Assembly: GCF_018977255.1 (NCBI RefSeq)
Contig: NW_024704743.1
Location: 90,212,001 to 90,276,000 of the forward strand
Reading direction: 5' to 3'
Source: Callorhinchus milii
Taxonomy: Eukaryota
Length of the DNA: 64,000 bases
Shown piece by piece: positions 13,468 to 25,520 of this stretch (the stretch's first letter is position 1; each line of letters begins with the position of its first letter). A program made the translations under genes and the position numbers. The notes beneath the pieces are model-generated. The model ran no database searches. It worked only from the letters and a program-made list of their open reading frames with translations, and had not been told where the DNA came from.

Positions 13468-13788
13468 TGGAGTCCTGTAGCTCAGTGGTTAGAGCACTCG
13501 CCTCGCAAGCATGAGACTTGAGTTCGATTCCCGGTAGGGCCAAACCTTGGGCAAGTTTCCTTACTCCACACGCCTGATAATAATCCCTCAAGAAAAAAAA
13601 CAATAATAAATTGATCACTTCAACCCACGACTGTCTGTGGGACACTGCTGTGCGCAATTGGCTGCCGCGTTTCGCCAATAAATATACAATCAATTCACTT
13701 TACAGTATATTCTGTGAAGTGCTTTGGAACGTCGAGAAGACGTGAAAAGTGCTATATCATATGCAAGGATTATTATTTATTATTATTA
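13468..13788 (+). mobile_element. Full-length tRNA-Ala-derived SINE, short variant with CGC anticodon loop
   Basis: ggagtcctgtagctcagtggttagagcactcgcctcgcaagc head; lacks the central segment; (ATT)n tail. Confidence 0.92.
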
Positions 13789-13884
13789 ATGTGGTTTCCT
13801 GGTATATATTCAGTACACAGAGATTTGCTAGGATGCAGAATACCTACCTGGAATGTTAGTTTAGTGGATTCACAGTAGCTTTTA

Positions 13885-15060
13885 ACAACAACAACAATTT
13901 ATATGAAATACAGCACAATTCACATTGGAAGGGTAGTTCAAAGAGCTCAACACAACTGACTGGGAGCCTGAGCTGACTTTGGCTGAAGAAGGGGAAGGGG
14001 ATTTGGCCAAAAGTGCAGTCAAAAAGATAGATCTTAGGCAGCTTTGGTGGGCGAGAAGGATTAAGACAGAGAGATGATGTTACAAAGGGTGGTGGCAGAA
14101 AGGTTGAAAGTTCGGCCATCAATGGTGGGGCAGATCAAGGTCAGGGACATGATGCAGACTGATGTTCAATGAGTGGAGGGAGTCCTGAATTAGATCTCCT
14201 GGGTAATGGGGAGGCAGTAGAGCCAAACAAGGACCGTGTGAAGGGATCTCAAAACTTGGTCCAGGACAGGATATGGGATGCAGAGTTTTAGGATGAGCTG
14301 GTGAGTCCAACAAGTAGAGCGTTCGAACAGTCAAGCCTGGATGTGATGAAGGTGTGATCGAAGGTCTTGGCAGCCCAGGGAAGAGATAGTGGTGGAAGTG
14401 GAGGATGTTACAACGGTCAGAGAAAGCCGAGCAAGTGAGCATCCAGTTGTAAGATTTGAGACAGTTAAAGGTAAAATAAACAGTGACGTTCATCACAGCC
14501 TCTGTGAGGTGGCGTGAGCATCCTTGCAGAGCAATGCAGTCAGCTTGTTGGCATTGAGCTGTAGAAAGCTAGAACTCATCCAGGACATGATGTCTGACAG
14601 CCTATCATTTCAGCACAGTGGTGGTCCTGGAATCAAGGATAGAGACAGGGAGATAGAGTTGGGTGTCATTCGCATGCCAGTGGAAGTGGACCTATTCTTA
14701 TGTATGGTGTCACCGGGGGGCGGGGGGGTGGAGGGGGGGTAGCATATAGATGGTGAAAAGGAAAGGATGAAGATAAAGCTCTGAGGAACGATATAAGTGA
14801 CAATGCTGGGGTGGAGAGGAGAAGCAATTGGAAGAGATAGGTGAATTGGATAACAACAACAATCTGTATTTATATAGTATCCTTCATGCAGGGTAGCATC
14901 TTAGAGCACTTATCAGTGATAAGATTGAAATTGTGAAAGGACAGAAATATCGATAGGAAGCACAGAAGAGAGATGATGGAGAAGTCTGGCATGGTGACAG
15001 TGTCAAAGGTGGCAGAGAGTTCGAGAAAACAAAGAGCCAAAGGGAGTCTGCCATAGTTAC
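13885..15060 (-). mobile_element. Old L2 fragments (two (CAA)n tails at ~13885 and ~14852)
   Basis: Reverse-strand remnants of ORF2 including LELSATFDTV and a decayed H.YADDTQLY region near 14655-14690. Confidence 0.65.
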
Positions 15061-15158
15061 TCTCGCGCTCACACTTTCTCCCTCTCAATCTATGTGTTTA
15101 TTTTTGTCTCTCATTCTGTGTGTGTGTGTGTGTGTGTTTGTGTGCCTCTCTCATTCTG

Positions 15159-15478
15159 TAATAAAAATAATAATCCTTGCATTTTGATATAGCGCTTTTC
15201 ACGTCGAGAGGACGTCCCAAAGCACTTCACAGAACCCACTGTAAAGTGAATTGACTGTTTATTTGTGGGCGAATGTGGCAGCCAATTGCGCACAGCAATG
15301 TTCCACAAACAGTCGTAGATTGAAAATGACCAATTTATTATTGTTTTTGGTTTTGGAGGGATTATTATTAGGTGTGTGGAGTAAGGAAACTTGCCCAAGG
15401 TTTCGCCCTGCCTGGAATTGAACTCAGGTCTCTCGCTTGCAAAGCGAGTGCTCTAACCACTGAGCTACAGGACTCCAC
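15159..15478 (-). mobile_element. Full-length young tRNA-Ala-derived SINE, short variant
   Basis: About 8 differences by eye from the copy at 23870-24187 over ~310 nt. Confidence 0.95.
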
Positions 15479-15499
15479 GTGCATGATATGTGTGTCTGC

Positions 15500-16290
15500 A
15501 CTCCCTCTCTCTCTTTTGCTCTCCCTCCCGCTCTGCCCACCCACCCTCCAACCCCTGTATTTGTCTCTCTCACCCCTCGCATTCTCTCTTTCATTCTCCA
15601 TCTTTATGTGTCACTCAATCCCTCTCTATGTGACAATTTTCTTTTTGTGTGTGTGCATTTCTCACATTTTCTCTCTGTCAGCTGTCTCTCCACTTCTCCA
15701 TGCGTATCTCTCCATTTCCCCATGTCCCTTGGGAGAGCACTTGCTCTCCCCGTCTGTTTCTCTGTCTTCTTTCCCCATCAGTCTTTCTCTGTCCCTCTCA
15801 CTTCCTTCATCTATCTCTCTTTCCTTCCCCTATTTCCCTCTCTGCCTCACCACTTCCCTCTCTCTTTCAGGCCCCTCATTCCCCTCTATACTTCTCTCTC
15901 ACACTCTCTTCCTCCCCCCTTTTCCCTCCTCGTCTCCTCTTCCCCATCTCTCTATCTTCTCCTCTCCTCATCTCTCTGTTCATCCTGTGTCTCAGTCTAT
16001 CCCCCTTTCCACATCACTCTCTCACTCCCCTTTCCCATGGTTCTTAGAGCACTTAGCAATGATGAGAGTGAAGCTCTCATCTCTCTCTTCCCCTCTTCCT
16101 TGTATCTCTCTTTCCCTACCTTATCTCATTCTCTTTCTCTCCACCCCCTTCTCCATTCCTCCGCCATATCTCTCTCTAGGTCTCTCCTTCCCCAGCTCCT
16201 TCCCATTTCTCGGTCCCTCCCCATCCCTCTCTCTCTCTCTCATCTCTCTCCCTCCCTCACCTCTCTCTCTCTCCCCCTATCCATCTCCAT
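15500..16290. repeat. ~800-bp CT-rich low-complexity tract (plus (TG)n at 15117-15143)
   Basis: Almost purely C/T on the plus strand; explains the long S/L/P-rich ORFs in all three frames. Confidence 0.95.
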
Positions 16291-18662
16291 GGGGAAGAGG
16301 TCAAATCAGGTGATGAAGCAGACATTATTGTTTCGATAGACTGTACAGTACCAAAACATTCAGGCTAATTAGTCTGTGATAGCATTTAGACTCCACCCAC
16401 CCTAAATCCCATTCTCCCTATACCTCCCATACTCTGTTCATCCCTTCCTCATGTGTGCATCAAGTTTCCCCTTAATACACATTTCATTTTCTTGTACACG
16501 GTAGAATGTTTCAGATTGGATTCAGATAAGTTACCTGGCAGCAGAGAGTTTATATGGCATTCCACATACCCCATATTATTGCATATTATTATTCCATAAT
16601 AATAGCCTTGCTCCCTCACTTTGCTATCAAAATCCTCCTAAAAATATACCCCTGTGAGCATGTGACCTTTCGACATCCTTAACTCTCCCTATATGCTGAT
16701 GCACACAAATGTGTATGATAGCTACGAAAACAGACTCATGGGTGCCATATGGAAAGAAGACAAGTCACTAGTCCTTTGTGTTTCTGAGGTGTATCATTAT
16801 TTTCCATTTTCCACCTAATTCCATTGCTTATTATATACTTATTGCCTCTATCAATGAATCTATTACAATAGCAATGTATTTGGTGCTCCATTGGCACAAG
16901 AAAATGAGAGAGGGCCAACAACCAAACCAAGATCACAAACTCAGAATTCACTGTGGCTTTAACAGGGGAAATGAAATAGTCCTGGGGTGATTTGTTTTTA
17001 AAATATGAAATTGATTTGTAAGAGGAGAGGAAGATTATAAACCTTATTTACTTTGTTCTACTTTGTTCATCGCAGTAATGGAAATAACTACAGTCAAAAT
17101 ACGACATTAAGATAGACAAAAACAGATTTGTGAGTTCTAGATCTGACAGAGAGAACACGCAACAGAACACTAAGTTTCTCAAAAGAAGTAAAGGACACTT
17201 GGCATAAGGATACTTAGGGTGCAAGCTGCAACACGTCAGATGCAGTCAACCGTCAATAACTAATATAAATATGTAATTGTGTTCCTTTTTTTTACAAAGC
17301 AATTAAGTATTTTCTACACTCTACAGTACAGATAAGCAGCAAACCGGCTTTATCAGATATTTATGTACTTTCCACTGGTTCTGGGTCCAGAGCACAAAGG
17401 CAATAACATTTTGAGACAGGGAAGTAGCATGACATGGAAAATACCCAGGAAACTGGATGTCAAATGGGTTAAGAGTTTCCTAGGTATGAGTGGGATTCAT
17501 TTTCATATCTGACCGCTCCAAAGCTGGTTGCTACATTTAAACTGCATGTTTGAGTGGCCACTCAGTTACACTCATTTGATGGAGATACCACAAACGTTCA
17601 CAGCACACTTTGGGCAGAATTTTTCAGCTTATGCAGCATTTGGCAGGTCAAGAAGTTATTGGAGAACAGTGTAAGAAAAAATGTCATCACTAATGAGAAT
17701 TAATGACTTGCGAAAATAAAGCACACTTCAAACTGGATGATATACCTCACTTGCTAATATAAAATTAGAACATTAATGTATTCCTAAATGCTCAGTAAAA
17801 GAGTAGCTGTACATCAGACCTTTTGAACACCCAAACATACAGGTCTCTTCGCTTTGCTGTCCTGGAACAGAATCTCAACACCCTGTTCTCCAGGATCAGA
17901 TACTGTTAACACAAGAAATCTGAAACTTCACCACTGCCCCATTGCTTTTAGCAGAGCCACAAGATTTAGCAGAGCAACAAGACATGTTACACAATTATAA
18001 GCTGTCTGACAGCAACACAGATCGTAAAGGCAACACGCCTTGCCAGTTTGCCTGAATGGGAAAGCCGAACACTTAGGTTTGAACAGTATTAGTTTGTCTT
18101 AAATATCTGGTGCACCAAACTTACATTATGAAATACAGAGGCAAAAAGTATTCTGCTGAATCTGCCATCTCTTTCACACAAAGCAATTGTAAAAAAAAAT
18201 ATCTATAGGCATCTCCATCAGATTCAGTAACAGTGAACTGATTTGTCCCGTGCGTAAGTGAGGCTTTTAACACTAAGCATTATTAGGCCTATTTCAGTGC
18301 ACAGTGAGTGCACCAACTGAGCAGTCAAGTAACCACCAAGTATTTTAGAGGATGGATCCTTAGCTTACAGTTTTGCCATTTAAAAACATTGAAGTTATTT
18401 GAGAATATAGAAAGCGGTTCAATAAACAACATTCTCAGTTGGTCCCATAAGTAACAATAAAATGGATTGACTCTAGCCAATGCTCTGTTCTCCAAATGAA
18501 TTAATCCATCTTGGAAATCTATACCAATGTATCACTATAGCTTCCAAAGTAGACAAAATCAAAAGACGCTCCCAGTTTTAAATTAGTTGAAAGAAAAAAA
18601 TATATTGGAAAACATCGATAAACTTTAAAAGCTAAAAATGAATATAAGAAATAGATTCTGAC

Positions 18663-18674
18663 CACTTTGTCCTC
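18663..18674 (-). CDS. RIMS2: 12-nt microexon encoding EDKV inside the RIM zinc finger
   Basis: Minus strand reads ...ttcttgctgcAG|GAG GAC AAA GTG|GTcaga. Phase 0/0 fits the upstream exon; EDKV is the known optional insert between RSN(K/N) and VMWVC in RIM proteins; preceded by a ~60-nt pyrimidine tract. Confidence 0.9.
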
Positions 18675-18760
18675 CTGCAGCAAGAATTCCAGAAAGCAGG
18701 AGAGAAAAAAGGAGAGAAAGGGGATAAGGGGAAAAAAAGGGAAAAGGCAATTATATAGTG
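18675..18760 (-). promoter_or_regulatory. Extended polypyrimidine tract with TGC motifs upstream of the microexon (SRRM3/4-type intronic enhancer architecture)
   Basis: Minus strand: ttgccttttccctttttttccccttatcccctttctctccttttttctctccTGCtttctggaattctTGCTGCag. Confidence 0.65.
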
Positions 18761-19276
18761 AAGCATAAAGTACAGTATCAACAAGCTGTATCAGAATAAG
18801 AAAGTAAGTTTACAGAGCTATAAAGCACAGAAGAAACAGGAACAATACTGGACATGAAGGTAGCACTTAAACAAACATTTCATGAAAAATATAATGAGCT
18901 GTGAAATAAGCTGTCATTTTCCATAAAACATGGTGCGCACATCACATTTTCGTTGTTGTTTTAATATTTTCTGCATATGGCAATCAACTTGCACTCTTGT
19001 TCAAACAACATTGTATAAATTGTATCCAAATTACAGTCACAAAATAATGGATGATCTCAATTCAGAACCCAGATTTTACAGAAATGCAGCCATCAATTAG
19101 ACATTGAAAATGAGCACAAATACTCTATACACAACAAATATTAACTGCAGGGCAGGAGATCCATTCTGTTGAGAGATACAGCAACAGCCTGAAGATTATC
19201 TTTGAGAAATGAATTGTGCAGATAATCACTTTTTATCTACTTTAACAAGGTGTCCTTTAAAAGAGGAACATTAATA

Positions 19277-19475
19277 ACAACAACTTGGATTTATATAGCG
19301 CCCTCCACGCTGGACGGTGTCTCAGAGCGCTTCACAGTTACGGATCCCGGGGCCGAGCCAGGGGGAGGGGGAGGAAGGTGACCTAAGGCGCGGTCGAAAA
19401 GAAAGGTCTTCAGCGGAGAACTGAAAATAGGAAGAGAGGGAGCGAGGCGAAGGGAGTTCCAGAGCCTCAGGGCAT
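19277..19475 (-). mobile_element. L2 3' end, subfamily B
   Basis: Reverse complement of the tail seen at 9290-9480 and 56080-56280. Confidence 0.88.
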
Positions 19476-19679
19476 AGCACAACCATAACAGAATGGTTTA
19501 GAAGTTATAGGCTGTTTATATATGAAACACAGAAAACATATAGCCAGATGCCTTTGAGGAGGGTTTTTCCCCCTTAAAATATATTTTCCCCTTCATCTTT
19601 TCTCATCTCCTCTAGGCACACACCATCTCTAAGGAGACAAAGGAAGAACTATGAGAAAAAAACATTCTCATAAGTGAAG

Positions 19680-20175
19680 GATAGAAAAGCAATAGAAAAG
19701 GTGAAGCGTAGTTTCCCTGGGATATTAATAGGGATGAGGGATTTCAGTTATGAAGAGAATTGAGATATTTTGGCTGGTTTCACTAGAGCTAGAGCTGAGA
19801 AGGTTAGTTGATAAGCGACCCAATATAGTACTTCAAGAATATTAAGGATTATGATAGGATAAATAGCAATAGTTCCACTGGGTGGCAAGTTAATAACTAG
19901 AAAGCACAACTTTAGGATAATCACAAAAGGAATGAAAGGGAAGGTTTGAGAGCAAATCTGCATGCAGAGAACGTGGAATTCTCTGTCACAAACTGTAATT
20001 GAGATAGAGTACATGGGTTCTTTAAGAAAGAATTTGATAGTTGTTTCAAAGACAAGGAATATTAAAGTCCATCAGTGGTGAACAGAGAATGGGATTTGAT
20101 TGGTAGAGTGGGATTTGATAAACTCATGTGGAGAAAAAGACCAGCGCAGACTTGATAGTCTGAATGGTTATTTCT
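19680..20175 (+). mobile_element. CR1 3' fragment
   Basis: gggatgagggatttcagttatgaagaga...ctagagctgagaaggttag...tggaattctctgtcacaaac typical CR1 ORF2 C-terminus. Confidence 0.7.
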
Positions 20176-20626
20176 GTAAAGGAATTGTTTTGGATGCCTT
20201 GATATGATTGACAAGATAACTTTTGTTTAAACCGATATGTCATTTTCTTCCCCTTCAATCGGTCTTCCTGGACCGCGAACAAGCCTTACACTGAGATAGG
20301 ATGTGCGTGTCCTGTTTCCAGGCTGCAAAGAATACCACTAGAGCTAGCTACACAGAGACCTAAAGAGGAAAATCATCACTCAGTTACGTCTCCCTCTGGG
20401 GAAATGCTTGTTCAACACTGAAGGTGAAGAATTATTCAGCTTTTTACTCAGTGCAAAAAGTGTACGTTAGGTCTTGTAAAACCTAATTGTCAGTCACTAA
20501 CCAACAGAATCAATACCAGGCATCATAGAAACCAATGGACAAGGAATAAAATAAAGTATTCATTTTTCATATTTCAAAAATATGCAAGGCACCGTAACTG
20601 AATGTACTATCTGTCTGCAGAGTTAC

Positions 20627-20801
20627 TGCAGTGCCTTCAGCTCCCCTCTCAACTCTCTACCCCCTCCTCGCTCCCTCCCTTCCCTCACCTCACCCTGACC
20701 ATTTTCCCCCTGCTCGGGTACTGACCCAACTGTCCAGTGCCTTGGGACGTCCTCCCGACGTGAAAGGCACTCTATAAATGAAATCTTGTTGTTGTTGTTG
20801 T
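20627..20801 (+). mobile_element. L2 3' UTR, subfamily A (young)
   Basis: Near-identical to reverse complement of 42093-42262; tail gggacgtcctcccgacgtgaaaggcactctataaatg(TTG)n. Confidence 0.9.
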
Positions 20802-22619
20802 ACTGAAGGCAAGATGGGCATTTGTACCTGGCACAATCTATGGAAAGCAATTCACAGCCCTATTTTGTGATCATTGTCAGACTCTTACAAAGAACATCCA
20901 GACCTTCTTTTGGTGACTCGTCTCTGCTCAAATGGTAAAGCAGAAACTACTGTTGGCTGCTGAAACTGATCTGAGATCCATGGCTTGCTGCCCAATGGGC
21001 ACTGAGCAGACAAATAGAGAATGACATTGTTTTGCAACTAGATTCCATAGGTCTCTTGGGAAATAGCAGAGATAACATCTTGTTGCTGCCCGAAACACAG
21101 TTAGCGGTGTAAACGCACAGTCGGCATTTCCTGCCATTCTCAAATTCTATCAGAAGAAAAAGCTGCTGTGCTATAATTAAATGGGATTCACTCCATACAC
21201 CACAGGTATCCTTGGTGGAACACACAACAACCAAGTGCCTAAAATGCATCTTAAAGGCACTCTAGAGAAATAACTTTCTGACTTGTAAGCACCAAAAAAG
21301 TGTGCAAACTTAAAATCAAGGTTTTATCAGAGAAATGCTTCCAATCAGCCACAAATAATAATTGTTTCAGACAATGTATAGCAGATGCCAGATTTGCTGA
21401 TTTGGACAGACAAGTCACATTTTTGATTCCAGGCTTCTAAATGTGCAAACTCCCAATGCATCCCTTCTTATTGCATTCATTCTCTTGTTTTTCTGAGCCA
21501 GAATTCCTGGATTTGTTTAATTTAGTAATTCACTGACATCAAGAAGCATAAAATAAAGCTACCAATTTGCCTGTAACCATCTTGGCTGCTCCAAAAATCA
21601 GGCCAGAGTGCTGTGTAATCATAAGTTGGCTGTGTTAATTGGAAAAAAGATCAGGGAAAGGTGAAAGGCCCAAATTCTAGACTCAGTCGGACTTGAAGTT
21701 ACGTGTGCATCTGTCTAGTCAGCACCCAACGCCCCATAATCTACGATTGCAAGCAAAAGAGTAGGAAAACGGAAACCAGGATGGCAATGTGAGACAACAG
21801 CAAAGCAAAGCAATAAGATATTGTTTCACATTGACGGATGAATTGATTCTGAAATAGGCAAAGAAGCAGTAAACAGCTTCAGTGTGTCTGACAAGCAAGA
21901 GGATTTCTCATTGAAATAAATCTAAAAGTGAGAGATAAATAAATGAACCTAAGTAAAGCAGAAAAACAGCAGAGGAAAGAACTAAAATTACACATAGTCT
22001 CATCAGCAAAAAACAGGAATGCTGCACATGAGTTATAAGTTGGGTGATTGATATACAAATGGTGTGTCACATGGTGCACAGGCAGCTGAACACTTAGATT
22101 TGATTTCTTTCACAAACGTTAGAATTTTTAGACGTTTGGAATTAGAATTAAAAGTTTCTACTAAAGAAAATTGCATATGACCATTAGGTACACCTTTACT
22201 TTATCCCCTCTTTAAGTTTCCCTATGCCTCATGCTATTATCCCCCAGCGAGATACTCAAGACCAATCCCATTCTGTAATTGCTTACTAGGGTACATGAGA
22301 GGGCACAGATTTAACATGATCGAAAAAGGAAAATGGCCCATCTAAAGTTACCGGGTTATCCAATTTGAATGCAAATGCAATTTGAATGCAAGGAAAGAGC
22401 CTAGTGCAAACCATGCATACACTGCAACGAGTGCACATTACAACGGTCGTGAAAACACTTCTCCCAAGTAATTCAATGTGATATTCTCTGTAGTCAGTGA
22501 CATTTTCCATGTTGCTTATTTGGCTGATGATGCCATGATATCAGTGGAAAGCTAAACCTTACTTAGCTCTATCCCCATTCACTCAACCTTTTGAGACCCA
22601 GCAAGCTACATTTTCAAAA

Positions 22620-23120
22620 TGTCCTATTTTTACAGAACATCTGCACAATCAAAATCAGAGAGTTTCTCTTTAATTTAAATATCTTTTCTATAGTGTGATG
22701 CCCAAAGCAGCATACCACATGCCAGCTGTGTCCTTGCTCAAGAGATTAATTATTACATCCTTATGTTTGGCTTTAATTTTCAATGGCTTTATATAAAACC
22801 CTGAATCCTGTTTGGCCTTTTATTGGTCTTCATGTCCTGTAACCTTACTGTTAGCGCTCCATGTATTTGTATTTCCAGATATCTTTTCCTCCACTCCATT
22901 GAGAATTTTATTACTTGAACACTTTCCATTCTATATTAAGTTTCACCAAATACACCACTTCACACTTTTCAATATATTCACAAACATGGTCATCAGCTTG
23001 CCTAATCTGTCAATATCGGCTTGTCGCCTCCTGCACTTTTCATCACTATAAACAGGACCTCCTAGTATCATCTACAAATTTGGCTATTGTTCTCTCTAAT
23101 GCTACACCCAGATCTATAAT
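22620..23120 (-). mobile_element. Old CR1 RT fragment
   Basis: Reverse strand has aaatttgtagatgatact (KFVDDT, decayed KFADDT) near 23065-23082. Confidence 0.6.
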
Positions 23121-23869
23121 ATACCATAGATGTTTTGTGGCAGCACTCATCTCTGGATCAGAAGATTGTGAGTTTAAAATTCAGGGCTTATGTTCTTGTC
23201 CAGGCTGACATGCCAGGGTAATATCTTTTTAATTTTATATTTTTATTTGTAATAGTTTGAGTTGAGTTTTGCACCAGAAAAAAACACTTTCTTCTTTTGC
23301 ACCTCATTGCCAGCGCTCAACACTCTCATACACGGACAGGCCAAATATAGTGTGAAATGTCCCTCATTCTTAGTATTAAGATTGGGTCAAAAATATACCC
23401 CAAACTATAACAGTGTGTCATTTCCATACCCTGCACTAGCCTAATGGACTCTGAGAACAAGCTTATCAAATCAGTAAGGCCAGTACTGCGCTGTGGATAT
23501 ATGTACATAAGGAAACAGATTGAGACTGCTCAAGTTCATAGAATACCCTTACAACCCGAAGACACCAGAAACCTTCAGTCTGTTTTGGAATCAAACCCCA
23601 GTACCAGAAACTGAAGTTGTGTGCTAATCCAATCTGTCACTTTGGATACAGGTTTCCTGCTGCATTGGCAATGGGTTCAATGAGGCATGAAAAAAATATT
23701 TGTTGTTACACAGATGTGCTACATTTAAATAGATTTCATAACACCTAAAGAAAACACATAAGAAAAGTAAGTCAAAGATGGGAAAAGGACATACAGACCC
23801 CCAAAGCTCTTTTGAAAAGGAGGTCTAATGTGTGCGTTTCATTAATGTGGAATCCGAATTGTACCCATG

Positions 23870-24187
23870 GGGAGTCCTGTAGCTCAGTGGTTAGAGCACT
23901 CGCTTTGCAAGCGAGAGACCTGAGTTCAATTCCAGGCAGGGAGAAACCTTGGGCAAGTTTCCTTACTCCACACACCTAATAATAATCCCTCCAAAACCAA
24001 AAACAATAATAAATTGGTCATTTTCAATCTACGACTGTTTGTGGGACATTGCTGTGCGCAATTGGCTGCCGCGTTCGCCCACAAATATACAGTCAATTCA
24101 CTTTACAGTGTGTTCTGTGAAGTGCTTTGGGACGTCCTCCCGACGTGAAAAGCGCTATATCAAATGCAAGGATTATTATTATTATTA
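23870..24187 (+). mobile_element. Full-length young tRNA-Ala-derived SINE, short variant
   Basis: Intact A box (tagctcagtgg) and B box (gagttcaattcc), TGC anticodon loop, L2-type tail; atggg(ga) repeated at both ends as probable TSD. Confidence 0.95.
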
Positions 24188-24879
24188 TGGGGACTCATTC
24201 TGGTAACTGGGAGCAGGTCATGATGACCCATTGCAACTTCACTATGATGTCATTTACTTCTTGACAGGAGTTCGTGGGATTTCTTACAAAGGACTCCCAT
24301 TACAAAATACCACAATATAATTGATTTATAAAAGTCTCTTTTGCTTCAACTGCTTCACTCGGAAGACGATTCCACTCAGAGTGAAAAAAGTCATTCCTTC
24401 CTAATATCCATTTTCAAATTACATACATATAATTACATAGAATGTACAACACAGATATTTCACATGCCCTATCCATTAAAAATGAAGAAGGCATCTCAAC
24501 TAGCTGACATTCAAATGCTGTGAGATGGTAATGTGCAGCTGGGCTAAGCATTTTCACATAATCGAGCAAAATAGTTATTTTCGGCATCATTACGCTGATT
24601 TGGAAATATTCCTGCTTTAAATGAACAGATAATGAGACAGGTGGCAGAAACCATTAAAAGTCAAAATGCCTGTTTTGTCATTCAAATTACTAAGAGAAAA
24701 AAATGAAAGTGGTACACATGGTTGATTAATGCCAACGTTTAAGATTTATAAAACAGGGGAGATCTTTTAGCATTGCATAGGTAAATTGCTCTAAAGAACT
24801 AAAATGAATTTTAGCCATAAATGGGAACTTTTCAAGCTGGATAGAGGTTGAAGAGAGAAATAAGGATCAGTATCAAAAC

Positions 24880-25520
24880 CTTTACTATTTTTTAAATATG
24901 TATATAAATGCTTTAGATGATGATATCCTAAGCAAAATCTCCAAGTTGGCAAATGACATGAAAATAGAAAGCAAAGCAAATAATGAGAATCATTGCAAAT
25001 CGATTCTGAAGGATTTTAGTAGCTAGACCAGCTACCTGTAGGTACGGTTTAATGTGGTTCAGTGCAAAATAATTGGCATAAATCCAAAAGTAAATTGGTG
25101 TTAAATGAGCAACTGCACAGTTTACTGATCCAGGAAGAGCTTTAGGGGTCATTGTGGATAAATCTGCAAAACTATCAACCCATTGGTTGGCTGCAGCTAA
25201 AAAAAAAGGGCATTAAAGATACTGAGCTGTATCAGTCGAGGGATAGAGTACAAATCAAAATATGTTATGGTGTAGCTGAGTAAGACGTTCATCAGAACCC
25301 ATATGGTGTACAATGGGCGCAATCTAGATACCTAATCAAAAGGATATTATTGCCCTTGAGGAGGTTCAGGAGTTAGCAACTAAGATAACAGAATATTCCA
25401 GATAACAGGAATATGTGATTCAGAGAGTTTAAGGAAACCGTACTTGTTCTCAATGAAAAGCAGGAGGCTGAGGTGAACCAACTGAAGATTTCAAGATTGT
25501 GCAAATTATTTACAATGTTA
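24880..25520 (+). mobile_element. Old CR1 RT/C-terminal fragment
   Basis: atctccaagttggcaaatgacatgaaa (decayed ISKFADDTK), ctttaggggtcattgtggat (LGVIVD), gggatagagtacaaatc. Confidence 0.7.

Noticed and set aside
15372..16339. 313-aa and 286-aa S/L/P-rich ORFs
   Set aside because: Artefact of a CT-rich tract that cannot encode stop codons.
21920..21990. Acceptor-like site on the minus strand (ttttctgctttacttAG|gttcat at 21949)
   Set aside because: Phase-0 reading stops after VHLFISHF and no good donor was seen; cannot be supported without RNA data.
23870..23945. tRNA-Ala genes (also at 161, 3029, 13468, 15478, 50708, 52024, 62535)
   Set aside because: Acceptor stems do not pair properly and each continues into a SINE body and tail; these are SINE heads.
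23949..24206. Recurrent ORF MGKFPYSTHLIIIPPK... (also 15111, 52104, 62615) as a multigene peptide family
   Set aside because: Translation of near-identical SINE copies from a TTG start; no sign of coding constraint.
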